Source of the DNA: the human T2T-CHM13v2.0 reference genome, Homo sapiens
Assembly: GCF_009914755.1 (NCBI RefSeq)
Contig: NC_060939.1
Length of the DNA: 64,000 nt
Direction: 5' to 3' (one strand)
This document shows, in pieces, positions 1-28,119 of the stretch (its first letter is position 1; each line of letters opens with the position of its first letter). Made by a program: the position numbers and the translations under genes. Under the pieces are notes generated by a model. The model was not told where the DNA came from, ran no database searches, and saw only the letters and a list, made by a program, of their open reading frames with translations.

Positions 1-4777
<4,777 letters not shown>

Positions 4778-5546
4778 TCATTAATAGGTCTACTCCCAGC
4801 AATCTGGATAAATGTATATTGGGAACTCAGAACCAACTGCTTAAAACTACATGTGGCACAGAATCTTTCACAATGAGTTTACAAACATTTTCTTCCTTTA
4901 AAAGATAACCCATATTATCAGGTCTCTTTATTCTGATATCCACATGTTGCAAGATAGAAAGTCTTTCTTGTTCATCCGTTAAGGGACTATGTGCACTTCA
5001 AACTCAAAGCCCTACAAATCTCATCAGAAAGGGTAAGGCCAAATAACCATGAAGAAAGGCCTAACACCCATCTGCCTAATGAAACCAAATAGGATGGTTC
5101 TGAAACCATGGGACTCTTCCATCTACCACATCAAGCATTATGCAAGAACCCAAGAAGAAAAAAAGCTAACTGCTATTAAAGGATTAATATCCCACTGGGA
5201 ACGGATCAACAGGAAACCAGGGTTGACCAAGTGAAGTTTCCCATCTGAGTCCAAAGCTTCAGGCAACACTGAGGGGCCAGAGTTAACTGAACTGTTAAAC
5301 ACGAAAAGCTCCTCAGTGTTAATGACTTCCTACCAGCAGAAGTGAAGGGCTAAGGTTTATCAGCACTCCACCAGCCAAGTGTGACAGCCCCAGATCAGGA
5401 ATAGTTTGTCTCCAATACCTGATGAGCAGAAAATGTTCTATTCCTTTTCAAATGCTATTTCTGTCTCCTTTGGCTCATGGTTCCTTTGTACACATAAGAC
5501 AGCATTAGTCACATATTAAAGAAGGCAATTCAATCCCTTCATTTTT

Positions 5547-5903
5547 TTTTTGGCTTTTTTTTTTTAATTATACTTTTAAGTTTTCGGGTACATGTGCACA
5601 ATGTGCAGGTTTGTTACATATGTATACATGTGCCATGTTGATGTGCTGCACCCATTAACTCGTCATTTAGCATTAGGTATATCTCCTAATGCTATCCCTC
5701 CCCCCTCCCCCCACCCCACGACAGTCCCCGGTGTGTAATGTTCCCCTTCCTGTGTCCATGTGTTCTCACTGTTCAATTCCCACCTATGAGTGAGAACATG
5801 CAGTGTTTCGTTTTTTGTCCTTGCAATACTTTGCTGAGAATGATGTTTTCCAGTTTCATCCATGTCCCTACAAAGGACATGAACTCATCATTTTTTATGG
5901 CTG
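5547..5903 (-). mobile_element. 5'-truncated L1PA 3' end with TSD
   Basis: Antisense L1PA 3'UTR (ggtacatgtgcacaatgtgcaggtttgttacatatg...). TSD CCCTTCATTTTT at 5535-5546 and 5904-5915. Confidence 0.93.
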
Positions 5904-7978
5904 CCCTTCATTTTTCTAGAGCAAGATTTTGCCCCTCCCAGTTCACACAGACCAAAGAGCAAAGTCCTGCAAGAAATCACAGTAGTAGTAACCATGTGTG
6001 AAGCATTTAAGATATACCAGAGAAGGAACCATACTACATCATACTCAACACTGACAAGCTAGGTATTATTAACCGCATAAAGAAATCAAAGGCTCACAGA
6101 GCCGAAGCAAACTGTCCAAGGTTACTCAACCAATAAATGGCAGAGCTGAGGTTTTGAGCACTGAATCCAAGTCTTTTCAAATCCTTATAGTCTTTCCACT
6201 TCACTAAATGGGCATGAGACATACAAGACACATATCATTCATCTTATTGGGTAATATATATGTCATTTGTTTGTTGATCTATGCACAAAATTACTCTGGA
6301 AGAATAAATAAGAAACTGGTAGCATCAGCTGTCTCAGAGGAGAACTAGGTAGCTGGGAGACATGGTGAGAAGATTAATATTTTCCATATTCCTTTCTGTA
6401 TCTTTTTAAGTTTAAATCGTATGACTATATTATCCACTCAAAAAAATAACAATAAAACATATTAGTTTTATATAGCCTTTAACTAAAATATACATAACAG
6501 GAATTTTTGAACATAATATTTTTGAAACTATGCCACCAAACAATAATAAGTTTGTTGGTAATCTTCATTTCAGGGCCAAAAAAATGAGTTAGGGAGCTCT
6601 ACACAGGGGTAAAGGATGACAGCTGTTTCACGAACTGCTAGCCTTAGATGGGGATGCTTCAACGAGGAGTGTGCCACTCTCACTTTCCTGCTGGAGGCAT
6701 TTGCCAATAGCATATTTACTAAACACAAGCTGGCATCTCTCCTCTCAGGTTTAAAAAACACTTGCCAGGCCAAAGTTATCAAAGAGGATGAAGAATTCCC
6801 AGAGACAACAGAGGAAATAGGTAAACAAGGAAAACAAGGAAGTAAACAATTCTAAATTGTCATAGGAGAAAATTCATGTTAGGAGGTTGAGAGGCAGAAT
6901 ATAACACAGAAGAGAAACGGAAAAAAACGAAACCTGCCGAGTAAACAAGCAGCTCCTGGCCAGGCGTGGGGGCTCACACCCATAATCCCAACACTTTGGA
7001 GGCCAAGGCAGGAGGATCGTTTGAGCCCAGGAATTTGAAACCAGCCTGGACAACACAGGGTTATCCAATCTCCACAACATATGAAAATAAATTAGCCGGG
7101 TGTGGCAGTGTACTGCTGTGGTCCTAGCAGGAGGCTGAAGGGGGAGGATCACTTGAGCCTGGGAGTCCAAGTCTACAGTGAGCTGTGATGATGCCACTGT
7201 GTTCCAGCCTGGGTGACAGAGCAGAACCTGTCTCAAAAAGCAAAACAACAACAAACAAACAAAACACACACACACAAAAACAAGAAGCTCCTCATCCACC
7301 AACAAGAGCAACATCATCTAGGTTCCCAGAGGGAGGTAACAGAGGTAGCTGGTCACACTCTCCACAAGAACCTGTAGACAGCTTGCCAACTGCCACTCAT
7401 GCCGCTAAAGAGTGAGTGAACCACACAACCAGAAGAAACCTGTAAAGTCTTTCTGGGGGAAAAAAAAATTTAAAGAGCTTGGTAAACATAGAGAGTGGGA
7501 GGGGCCTTTGGTAACATTTTTTTTTTCTCTTCTTCCAACTGATAGCTTAGACTTTAGGAAAGAAAGGAGGAATGTGAATGGCTGTGAGGAAATTGAAGTT
7601 GGCTTTCCAGATCATGCTAAAACATTCTTACCCTTCCTCTACTCCCAAACCTGGCTTATTCCTATTTCTCCTTCAGGTCAGCCTAAATCCTACTTCATCC
7701 TATAAATTTCTACTGCTTTCCAGCCAAGCACTGACCAAACAGTATTATAAAGCATGTTATTGTCTATCTGCTCCCACTAAACTGTAAGCTTGGGAAGATG
7801 CAGGGGCCAAGGGTTCTGTGCCACAACTGCATACTCAACACCAAGCATAGTGACACCATTCTGATAAGTAAATGTGTCAATGGTGATGGGCTCTTGGCCT
7901 GCTAAAAGAGTGTGGTTCAGAGAGTAGGAAGAACACATTTGAACACTTGCCAATCTGATTATGGGAACTTAAAATTTA

Positions 7979-8182
<204 letters not shown>

Positions 8183-9186
8183 CTAAATAAAACTGGGAAA
8201 GAACATCAGGAAAATAACATGAGAAGAAAAGCAATGAAAGAGGTGACTATTAAATCACAGAAGAAACTATCTGGAAATTAGATATCTTAATTCCCTGCCA
8301 ATATCTTAACGTCAGACATCTATAATAGGATATACAAAATAAAATAATTTAAAATAAATTTATGGCCAGGCGCGGTGGCTCATGCCTGTAATCCCAGCAC
8401 TTTGGGAGGCGGAGGCAGGTGGAATCACTTGAGATCAGGAGTTCGACATCATGACAACAGCCTGGCCAACATGGCGAAACCCCGTCTCTACTAAAAATAC
8501 AAAAATTAGCTGGGTGTGGTGGCGCACGCCTGTAGTCCCAGCTACTTGGGAAGCTGAGGCACGAGAATTGCTTGAGCCAGGGATGGGAGGATGCAGTGAG
8601 CCAAGATCACATCACTGCACTCCAGCCTGGGTGACAGAGCAAGATTCTGTCTGAAAAAATAGATTAAAGTAAATTTATGGATTTTGTAAAATAAGTAAGA
8701 CATGGTCTCTACCCATAAAAATCTGAGTCTGGCAGAACTGTGAACACAATACACCAACTAATGGGCAAATGGAATTCAAATCTTTATTATTTTTACTTAT
8801 TTATTTTTGTCTTTTACAAACAAAAGTAAGTAATTCAGATCTCAAGAGGGGAAGTGGAATGACAGCACATCCCAAAATGATATTCCCTGGAGAAATCCAC
8901 AAACCACAGTAGAAAATTTCTGAATGAGGATAAAAGAGAGTAATGGACATGATACAGCTACTGGGAGACCCCTTCAAACTTCTCAATAACAGAAAATATA
9001 GATTGTTTTCTTGACTCAGATCCCAAAATTGTCAGGGTGATAATGGTGTATAGAAATAGGGAACTTCAGCCAGGCGCAGTGCCTCACGCCTGTAATCCCA
9101 GTACTTTGGGAGGCCGAGGCGGGCAGATCACGAGGTCAGGAGTTCAAGACCAGCCTGGCTAACATGGTGAAACCCCATCTCTACTA

Positions 9187-9399
<213 letters not shown>

Positions 9400-9855
9400 T
9401 CACATTTAACTTAAAAAGGGTGGGTGGGCACAGAAAGCCTGATAAATTCTTGTGGACAGTTTCATCCTAAAATGATAAGAGAACGACTACACTGGACATT
9501 ATCCAGACTAAGGAGAAATACTAGATGAAAAATTGAAAGGGTTTCAAGAAGAAAGTAACCACATAATCCTTAACAGTGTGATAGCCAACAACTAAGTGTT
9601 GTCAACAGGAGGCAGTTAAGAATGCAAGTTCTAGACAGAGCACTAGTCACCCTACATTAAAGACCCAGTTCTGCCACAGCAGAACTCTCACTCAGGCAAG
9701 TCAAAAACCACCTGTGCCAGGCCAGGCACGGTGGCTCATGCCTGTAATCCCAGCACTTTGGGAGGCCTGGGTGGGTGGATCACCTGAGGTCAGGAGTTTG
9801 AAACCAGCTGGCCAAATGGTGAAACTTTGTCTCTACTAAAAATACAAAAACATTA

Positions 9856-10089
<234 letters not shown>

Positions 10090-10951
10090 TCAAGAGTTCA
10101 AGACCAGCCTGGCCAACATGGTGAAACCCCGTCTCTACTAAAAATACATAAATTAGCCAGGCGTGGTGGCAGACAAAACAAAACAAAAAACAAAACAAGA
10201 CAAAAAAAACCTCTGTGCCATACATTTTCTCATCCAAAAAAGGAAACCTGCCTATGCTGTCTCGCATGATCAAATAACTGGCTATCCTTGAAGGCATTGT
10301 GTAAAACTTAACTACACTGCATTAAGTAACACCAGACCTTAACAATAGCTAATATTTACTGGATATAGGGTTCTTTTTTTTTTTTTTTGAGACGAAGCCT
10401 CGCTCTGTCACCCAGGCTGGAGTGCAGTGACTCAATCTTGGCTCACTGCAACCTCGGCCTCCTGGGTTCAAGCAATTCTCCTGCCTCAGCCTCCTGAGTA
10501 GCTGGGATTACAGGCATGCGCCACCACACCCGGCTAATTTTTGTATTTTTAGCAGAGATGGGGTTTCACCATATTAGCCAGGCTATTGTCGAACTCCTGA
10601 TCTCAAGTGATCCACTTGCCTCAGCCTCCCAAAGTGCTGGGATTACAGGTGTAAGCCACCATGCCTGGCCCCTACTGGGTACAGAGTTCTAATCACAAGT
10701 CAGAGACTAAGATTTAGATAGATTATCAAATTCTCTCAATAGCCCTTAAAGATTGATACTATTATTATCCCTATATTACAGTTGAGAAAACAGATTTCGA
10801 ACTGTTAGGTAACTTGTCCAAAGTCCCAGAACAAGAAAAGTGGTAGAGCCTGAATCAGAACACAGGTTTTCTGACTCTAGAGAATCCACATTATAACCAC
10901 TGTATTACAGTGCTTTCAAAATGCAGATTTAACTAAATTAAAATATCATAA

Positions 10952-11195
<244 letters not shown>

Positions 11196-11319
11196 TGATC
11201 TGCTCACCTCAGCCTCCCAAAGTGCTGGGATTACAGGCATGAACCACCACGCCCAGACTAATATCATAATATGAACTTCTAAAGAGAAGACAGATGGTGG
11301 TATTGCTTTTTTGTTTTAA

Positions 11320-11563
<244 letters not shown>

Positions 11564-12837
11564 TAGCCAGAATGGTCTCGATCTCCTGACCTTGTGATCC
11601 GCCCGCCTCAGCCTCCCAAAGTACTGGGATTATAGGCATGAGCCACCACACCCAGCCAAAAATTTCAAAAAAAGAAAAATAGAAACAGGGTCTCCCTCTG
11701 TAACCAAGGCTGGAGTGCAGTGGGGCAATCATAGTCCACTGTAATTTCAAACTCCTGGGCTCAAGCAATCCTCCCATCTCAGCCTCCCAAAGTGCTGGGA
11801 TTAACAGGTGTGAGCCACCACACCCAGCCAGATGCTGGTGTTTTTTAAAGAAATCCTTAAAAGTGAGATAATATGAATTATGCAATTAATTATAAATTAT
11901 TCCAATTTCATTTTTTTTTCTTTGAGACAAGGTCTCACTCTGTAACTCAGGCTGGATTACAGTGGTGAGGACATGGCTCACTGCAGTCTTGACCTCCCAG
12001 GTGCAAGTGATCCTCCTGCCTCAGCCTCCTGAGTAGTTGGGACTACAGGGGTGGACCACCACACTTGGCTAATTTCTGTATTTTTTGTAGAGACGAGGTT
12101 TCACCATGTTGCCCAAGCTGGTCTCTTAACTCCTCAGTTCAAGCGATCTGCCTACCTCAGCCTCCCAAAATGCTGGGATTACAGGTGTAAGCCACCACAT
12201 CTGGCTAATTTCAAATTTAAAAAGGGAACAATCTGAAGAGACTAGCACAATCGAAAAGCATTCTTGAGTACAGATGTTAAAAGGCCACTCACAAACACGT
12301 ACAAAAAACAGAAGGCATAGTTAAAAAAAAGAGTGGTGGCTCTAACCTAAAAGAAAAGTAACAGCCCATAATGAGGCAAGGCTTGTTAATAAAGCTAAGG
12401 ATAACAAGAAGGGTTTTGTGAGAACTGTCTAGACCTTGGAAGGCTGGGGCGGAAGGATTGCTTGAGACCACGGGTTCAAAACCAGCCTAAGCAACATGGC
12501 AAGCCCTCGTCTCTACTAAAATTAAAAAATTAGCCAGGTGTGGTAAAGCATGCCTATAGTCCCAGCTACTCGGGAGGCTGAGGTGGGAGGATTGCTTAAG
12601 CATGGGAAGTTAAGGCTGCAGTGAGCCATGACTGCATCCCTGTACTCTTGCCTGAGTGACCGAGTAAGACCCTTGTCTACCCCCACCCCCACCAAAAAAA
12701 AAACTGTCTTGATAAACTCCTTTTTCCGTTTCTCTATCAAGTACAATGTTCAGTTTGAAGTGGGAAAAAATAAGCCCTGTAAATAGAGAGAAATGAATTT
12801 CAAAACAGCAGAGACCCTAACAATCTGACAATCCTGA

Positions 12838-13312
<475 letters not shown>

Positions 13313-13331
13313 TGAAACCCCATCTTTACTA

Positions 13332-13622
<291 letters not shown>

Positions 13623-14411
13623 TTACAGGCATGAGTCAATGTGCCTGGCCAAAAATTAAAAGATTTTAAAGGAAAAGCCTGGAAGGAGAGAGACAAACAG
13701 ACCAATGTTTACTGAGTGCTTATAGTGTGCTGGGCCATGAGGCAAGTACTTTACATCCATGTTTTATTCAACCTTTCCAACAGGCCCATTTGTAGATATT
13801 AAGACTTTTAAAAAAATTTTTTTCAGACATGAAATCTCACTGTTGCCCAGGCTGAACTTGAATTCCTGAGATCAAGGGATCCTCCTGCCTCAGGCTCCAG
13901 TGTAGCTGGGACTACAGGCATGCACCAACCACCCTGCCGAGGGCTGTTAAGACATTTTAAATATGAGGAAATGAAGGCCCAGAGAAGTTAGGACTTCACC
14001 AAGTCACATTGCTTCCCATGATACAACCAAGATTGCAAAACCAAGTCTGACTCTAAAACCCACGCTCTTTTTCTTTTTGAAACGGAGTCTCGCTCTGTCA
14101 CCCATACTGGAGTGCAGTGCCACAATCTCAGCTCACTGAAACCTCTGCCTCCCAGGTGGGTTCAAGTGATTCTCCTGCCTCTGCCTCCCAAATAGCTGGG
14201 ACTACAGGCATGTGCCACAAAGCCCAGCTAATTTTTCTATTTTTAGTAAAGAGGGGGTTTCACTATGTTGGACAGGCTGGTCACCCCATGCATGCTCTTT
14301 CCATTAATTTACTCTGTATCTGTCTCTGGCCTAGTCCCATTGATGGCAATGAGCACATTACAGAGGCGTAGCATCCCAAACAAGGAGGCTTACTAGACCT
14401 CATCTGTAATA

Positions 14412-15457
<1,046 letters not shown>

Positions 15458-15869
15458 GGCTGTCTTCAGTTCTGAGTGCTGAACTTTAAGAGAGTCACCG
15501 GCAAACTAGATATGGTCCCATAAAAGATTTAGATAAGGGCACTGGGTCATGCTGACCATACAGAAGGAGGGCCTTTAGCTAAGAGAACAAATATATGGTA
15601 AAAATAGAACACAAATCCAAAAGATCAAAACTGGATGGTGCAATGGGCTAGAATGGTACTAAAAAGCAACGGCCTTTAGAGTCAGACAGCCAAGGGTTTG
15701 TATTCCAGATTCTATCACTCACTGTTTAGAATCCAGGCAAGTTACTTAACTTCTCTGAACCTTAATTTCGACATTTATAAAACGGGGGTAATACTACACA
15801 AAATTGCAAGAGGGGAGAAAAGGTAATATTTGTAAAATTCTTGGGACATAAGACTCAACAAATGGTAGT

Positions 15870-16170
15870 GCACATTAAATCTAACAAAATGAAATTTAAG
15901 GATATGTGCAAGTAAATCAATTTTAGAAGCACCAGATGAAACTTAACAGGAGTACATAAGAAAAGAATTAAAGATCTTAGTAGACTTGAATCTGTGAATC
16001 AACAGCTTGCTAAGACTGCCAAAAATTATTGTGAATTTGGAGACCATTACAGAAGCACAGTGTCCAAAACAAGGAGTCCTATCAGACTTCATTCATGATA
16101 CTGTCTTTAGTCCTGAGTGCTAAACTTTAAGAGGGTCACCGGCAAATTAGAATCAATCCAGGACAGATGA
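15870..16170 (+). mobile_element. L3/CR1 LINE relic
   Basis: ...agtcctgagtgctaaactttaagagggtcaccggcaaattaga resembles the CR1/L3 3' RT region. Confidence 0.5.
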
Positions 16171-16918
16171 GAAAAGTTAGTAGCTCTGAAAACACAGTAA
16201 CTTGCCTCTTCTTCCTGGCTCTATATTCCCTCCACTCCATCCAACCAAAGCTACCTGACAACTGCTTCTATCTCTATGCCCCAGTAACACATTCATGCTC
16301 ATATATCCCCCCACAACATATTCACGTCCCTCAATTTTGCCCCAGTTCCAAAGCCCCAAATGGATCTGACAGAGTGACTTGTTCACTTCTAGTCCAAAAA
16401 TCTAGGATGAGGCATGTGAGACTTGCTGCTAATCTGGCCCTGACCTGCAGATTATACTTGATGCTAATCTGCACCAAATCTAACTGGCCCCTGCATTCTT
16501 CCTGAGGCTGAGACCCAACCCTGTACCCTGGGTAACTGAATTAATCCTGAGTCTGAGTCACATACTCAAGAAAGTAGGACTCTTCCTGAATGTCTCCTTG
16601 ACCCACAGCTCCATTACTCCCTTAAAGGGATGAAGCTGGTCAGAAGTATACAATTAGACAATGTCAGTCATCTCAGCCATTTCAAACCTGCTAGACCAAT
16701 ACTTTCTTTCTTTTTTTTTTTTTTTTTTGATTTTTTTTAAGACAGAATCTTGCTCTGTCACCCAGGCTGGAGTATTGCAGTGGCACAATCATGGGTCACT
16801 GCAGCCTCAACCTTACAGGCTCAAATGATCCTCCCACCTCAGCCTCCCAAGTAGCTGGGACTACAGGAGTATGCCACCATGCCCGGCTGAAAAAAGAAAA
16901 AAAAATTTTTTTTTTTGA

Positions 16919-17077
<159 letters not shown>

Positions 17078-18064
17078 TAGTAGAGACAGGGTTTCTCCAT
17101 GTTGGTCAGGCTGGTCTCAAACTCCCGACCTCAGGTGATCCGCCCGCCTCAGCCTTCCCAAGTGCCAGAATTACAGGCGTGAGCCACCACGCCTGGCCTT
17201 TAAAATTTTTTTGTAGAGGCAGGGTCTCCCCATGTTGCCCAGGCTGGTCTCAAACTCCTGGACTCAAGTGATTTTCCCACCTCAGCCTCCTAAAGTGCTG
17301 GAATTACATGTTTGAGCCACCATGCCCGGCCTAGATCAATACTTTCAAATCCAAAAAGGCCCTCAGATAAACTCAGGAACAAACGTATATATTCTCACAA
17401 AATGGTACAAGTTGATCAGCTTATTGTACCTAAGAGACTATTTGCAAACCTACAAAGAATGAAGTCTTAAATAGCTGCCTGTAATCTGGATGTCCTCACT
17501 GCAGTGAGGCATCAGCTCCCCAGCAGAACCCAGACAGTAAAATCTGTTAACTCACATGTCCAGACTCTCAGGGCAACTAACACTGGAGTAACATGAGCTT
17601 CCCCCTATGGAATGGTCTTGTCAAAACTGGCAGGTTTTCCTGGCTGAATCAGAACAGCCTGGGTCTTGTTTCATTCAATACTCCCTTGGAAGCCAAGCAT
17701 CTCTCTAGGGAATGCCATCTGCAGTGGACATCAGGTATCTCAATGCCCTCTTTGCAACCATGCAAATATCCTGGTTCCATTTCTATATCTCAAGAGACTC
17801 TGCTCTTTCTTCAGATGAGAAAAATCATGATAAATGCTAGTCTTTGAGAAGTCTGCCTTGCTGTTCCTCTTCCAGGGAACAGTTCAGTTCTAGTCCAGAA
17901 CCAAATGATTCCTGGAGCTTTCATCCAGTTCAGACTGCTTCTATACCTAGTTCCAGAGCCAATTTATAAATTCAAGACTTCCCTTCCTCAACTGTACCTG
18001 AATGTCTAAATTCACTTCTAGATGTTTCCTTGATCAACAACAGCACCCTAGATATTCTCTGGAT

Positions 18065-18590
<526 letters not shown>

Positions 18591-19384
18591 GCCAGGTGCA
18601 GTAGCCTACACCTATAATCCTAGCACTTTGGGAGGCTGAGGCAGGATGATCCCTTGAGCCCAGGAAATGGAGGTGGCAGTGAGCTATGACTGCACCACTT
18701 CATTCCAGCCTCGATGACAAACAAAGCGAGACCCCCGTCTCAAAAAAAAAAAAAAAAAAAAAAAGAGAGAGAGGCACTACTCTAGATCAACAATTTTTTT
18801 TTTCTGTCGCCCAGGCTGGAGTGCAGTGGCACAACCTCGGCTCAGTGCAACCTCCACCTCCCACGTTCAAGCAATTCTCTGCCTCAGCCTCCCGAGTAGC
18901 TGGGATTACAGGCGCCCACCACCACGCTTGGCTAATTTTTGTATTTTTAGTAGAGACGGGGTTTCACCATGTTGGCCAGGCTGGTCTCGAACTCCTGACC
19001 TCGTGATCCCCCCTGCCTCGGCCTCCCAAAGTGTTGGGATTACAGGTGTGAGCCACTGCACCGGCCTTTTTTTTAATTATTATTTTATTATTATTATTTT
19101 GAGACAGGGTCTCGCTCTGTCACCCAGGCTGGAGCGTAGTGGCACAATCTCGGCTCACTGCAACCTCCGCCTCCCAGGTTCAAGCAAGTCTCTGCCTCAG
19201 CCTTCTGAGTAGCTGGGATTACAGGCATGTGCCACCACACCTGGCTAGTTTTTGTATTTTTTTGTAGAGACAGAGTTTTGCCATATTGCCCAGGCTGGTC
19301 TCAAACTCCTGAGCTCAAGTGATCCACCTGCTTCAGTCTCCCAAAGTGCTGGGATTCAGGTGTGAGCCACCACACCTGGCCGCA

Positions 19385-20390
<1,006 letters not shown>

Positions 20391-20586
20391 GGGCTTAGCT
20401 ATTATTATTATCACAAGTTTTGATATGGGCTTTTACCAATACTTGTAGCACTGTAAAGATAGCATGACAACATGAGAGGTTCTGACTATTTTCCAGCTTC
20501 AAATGGTTTAGCAGTTCCATTCAAAAGACAAGTTTTCACGATTGCTTCTAATTTTCTTGAAAAATCACCTCCAAGGCTAGCATTTA

Positions 20587-22490
<1,904 letters not shown>

Positions 22491-22564
22491 GAAGAAAGAA
22501 AATATTTGGGGTGGCTGAAGAAAAGAAAAAAATGAATATTTTTTTCTTTTTAAAAACTTTCTCA

Positions 22565-22945
<381 letters not shown>

Positions 22946-23522
22946 CTAATGGTTTCTCTAGAGCATTTAGAAATTAATCTAGAAAGGTTATTTTTGAAAA
23001 CAAAAGTATGTGGAAAATCTTGTATATTTTAATCTTGCTGGCTACACCACTTCTAAGTCCCTAACCTAGCCAGAAATACCATTTTTTCTTCATTTTTGGG
23101 GTTTTCAAGGCATGGAAGAGCTAGAGCCTCCTTAGTGAGGCAAATGGTCATTCCCAAATAAAACTGTTTAATTGTCCTCATATATTACATTTAAGTCTTC
23201 AGGCCTTTCTCTCAGTAACTCTTTTCCTTCATGATTCCAAGAAAAAAATCAGGAAAATATAGAAAGTATAAAAGAGCAGTAAAAATAACTTCCTGGCTGG
23301 GTGCAGAGGCTCACACCTGTAATCCTAGCACTCTGGGAGGCCAAAAGAGGAGGATTGCTTGAGCCCAGGAGCACGAGACCAGCCTGGGCAACACAGTGAG
23401 ACACCCATCTATATTTTGTTGCTGTTGTTGTTAATTACTTTAAAGCCAGGCGCGGTGGCTCACACCTGTAATCCCAGCACTTTGGGAGGCCAAGGCAGGT
23501 GGATCACAAGGTCAGGAGTTCA

Positions 23523-23798
<276 letters not shown>

Positions 23799-23854
23799 TC
23801 ACTTGAGGTCAGGAGTTCAAGACCAGCCTGACCAACATGGTGAAACCTTATCTA

Positions 23855-24073
<219 letters not shown>

Positions 24074-24433
24074 TCAACTTTCTTACATTTGACCCAAGTT
24101 GAAAAAAAATCTAGCTTAAAAACAGAAAAGGAAAAAAAAAAATGGGCAAAACGAAAGTATCATGGAAAAACAATTTCAAAAGCTGTTGTCCCAGATATTG
24201 ATAGGCAAGTATATGAAATATACTTTCCCATTATACTCACTGTGGTACTTGAGAGATTAAACTGTATATATATAAGACTGTGGCTCCAGCTGGAGTGCAG
24301 TGGCATGACCATGGTTCATTGCAACCTTAAACTCCTGGGCTCAAGTGATCTTCCCACATCAGCCAACAACAGATATGTGCCACCATGCCCGGCTAATTTA
24401 TTTTTTATTTTATTTTTTATTACTTTTATTTGA

Positions 24434-24592
<159 letters not shown>

Positions 24593-25254
24593 TAGTGAGA
24601 TGGGGTTTCTCCATGTTGGTCAGGCTGGTCTCGAACTCCCAACCTCAGGTAATCCACCCACCTCAGCAGCCCAAAGTGCTGGCATTACAGGTGTGAGCCA
24701 CCGCACCCAGCTAATTTATTATTATTATTATTACTTGTGTAGACATGGGGTCTTGCTGTGTTGCCCAGGTTGGTCTCAAACTCCTGGCCTCAGATGATCC
24801 TCTCGCCTTGGCTTCCCACAGTACTGGGATTACAGGCATGACCCACTGCGCCTGGCCAAGATGGATTTTCATAAAGGCAAAGAGCAGACCTTCTATTCTG
24901 AGAGCTACAGCCAGAGGCTTATATGAACTCCCCAACTTCATTAACCTCATTAAATCATATAATTTCTGTCATACGTAAATGTACATTAAACAGTGACATC
25001 TTGGAACAATAAATAACTGGGAACAATGTAGCCACACCTCTACAGGGAAACTTGTGAGTGGCTGAAACCAGGAATGTTGAACCCACAAATGTCCAGGGAG
25101 AGCTATCTCTGGGGTGTGTGTGTCATACACGAACATACATGGTTAAAGGCAGAGGAAGTGCACTGGAGACAGCAGTTAACCAGAAGAGTGAGTCTCAGCG
25201 CTTCTACTGAAAGCCTCTGAATATCATCCCTATATCTTAAAGACAATCATCCTA

Positions 25255-25521
25255 GGCCGGGCGCGGTGGCTCACGCCTGTAATCCCAACGCTTTGGGAGG
25301 CCGAGGCGGGTGGATCACGAGGTCAGGAGATCGAGACCATCCTGGCTAACACGGTGAAACCCCATCTCTACTAAAAAATACAAAAAATTAGCCGGGTGTG
25401 GTGGCGGGCGCCCGTAGTCCCAGCTACTCGGGAGGCTGAGGCAGGAGAATGGCGTGAACTGCACTCCAGCCTGGATGACAGAGCGAGACTCGTTTCAAAA
25501 AAAAAAAAAAAAAAAAAAAAA
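25255..25521 (+). mobile_element. AluY with a 39-bp right-arm deletion and 16-bp TSD
   Basis: AluY diagnostics (gagatcgagaccatcctggctaacacgg, gaatggcgtgaac). TSD AAAGACAATCATCCTA on both sides. Confidence 0.92.
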
Positions 25522-25618
25522 GACAATCATCCTAAGCAAAACAATACCTGCTTCGTAGGCTATGTGAAGAATAAACAATTTCAAAAAAGTTTCACTCATT
25601 CTTTAGCAAACATATTTT

Positions 25619-26371
<753 letters not shown>

Positions 26372-27017
26372 AGCAAACATATTTTGAACCCTCCAAAATA
26401 TACTAAGAATTCAGAAGTTCGAGTCCCTGTCCTCATTGCACGTAACAAGTCCTCCTCCTTGACAGGTACTCTATAGTTTAATAACTGCCTTCAAAGAACT
26501 AGAAAGCAATTCCTCAAGGATAGAGAGCTCCAACCTTGCTATACAAGGACCTGGCACATACCAACAGATAATTCAAATATAGTTTGAATGAACAAACTAT
26601 ATTTCTGCTTATGATCTAAAAAAAATCCTCAGTTGACATTAACACGATAAAGAATTGATAAAAAATAACACTGTGTGGTGATTATCAGGGGAACAGAGAC
26701 ACTTCAGGGCAACACTCAGAAACATTTGGAGGTATACATGTACTGAAACATCACAATATGTATAATTATTATGTACATTATGTCTTTTTTTTTTTTTAAT
26801 AGAGATAAGGTCTCACTTTGTCACCCAGGCTGGAGTGCAGCAGCAAAATCATAGCTTTGTAAACTTTGTAACCTCAAATTCCTGGGCTCAATCGATCCTC
26901 CTGCCTCAGCCTCCCAAAGTGTTGGAATTACAGGCTTAAGCTACCATGCCTGGCCAAAAACAATAATTTTAAAAAAGAGAAACACTTGAAGGGGAAAAAT
27001 AAAAATGACACCACATT

Positions 27018-27316
<299 letters not shown>

Positions 27317-27810
27317 TATGACACCACATTATCATGCCATGGCAAAGCTCAGTAGTGTTCTCTCATGTAAAATCCCTCCATCTGGAGTGCAGTGGCTCAT
27401 GCCTGTATTCTAACACTTTGGGAGGGCAAGGTAGGAGGATCCCTTGAGGCAAGGAATTTGAGAACAGCCTGGGCAACACAACAAGACCCTCTCTCTATTA
27501 AAAATAAATACATAAAAATAAATTTTGGCTGGGCACGGTGGCTCACGACTGTAATCCCGGCACTTTGGGAGCCTGAGGCGGGCAGATCACGAGGTCAGGA
27601 GTTCGAGACCAGCCTGACCAACATGGTGAAACCCCGTCTCTACTAAAAATACAAAAATTAGCTGGCGTGGTGGCACGTGCCTGTAATCCCAGCTACTCAG
27701 GAGACTAAGGCAGGAGAACTGCTTGAACCCGGGAGGCAGAGGTTGCAGTGAGCCGAGATTCTACCACTGCACTCCAGCCTGGGCGACAGAAAAAGACTCC
27801 GTCTCAAAAA

Positions 27811-27815
<5 letters not shown>

Positions 27816-27855
<40 letters not shown>
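27816..27855 (+). repeat. (TAA)n microsatellite in an Alu tail
   Basis: About 13 uninterrupted TAA units. Confidence 0.95.
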
Positions 27856-28119
27856 TTTTTAAAAGCTAAATAAAATCCCTCCACCTCTGAAAACCCCTGC
27901 AAAGGGTGTGGAAATGGCTCATTTTACCCCTATGATGGTTATGCTATAAAACAATTGGTTTTAGACTAGAGCTTTTCAGTATGAGAAGTCAATTGCTGAA
28001 ATCAGTATTTGGTGACACATATTTTCATAAACACTAAATGTGTTGAGCAAAGACCTATCTTTAACTTTAAAGTGAAAACTTCAAACTGTTCCTAACTACA
28101 AAATTTTTCAGAGATAAAC

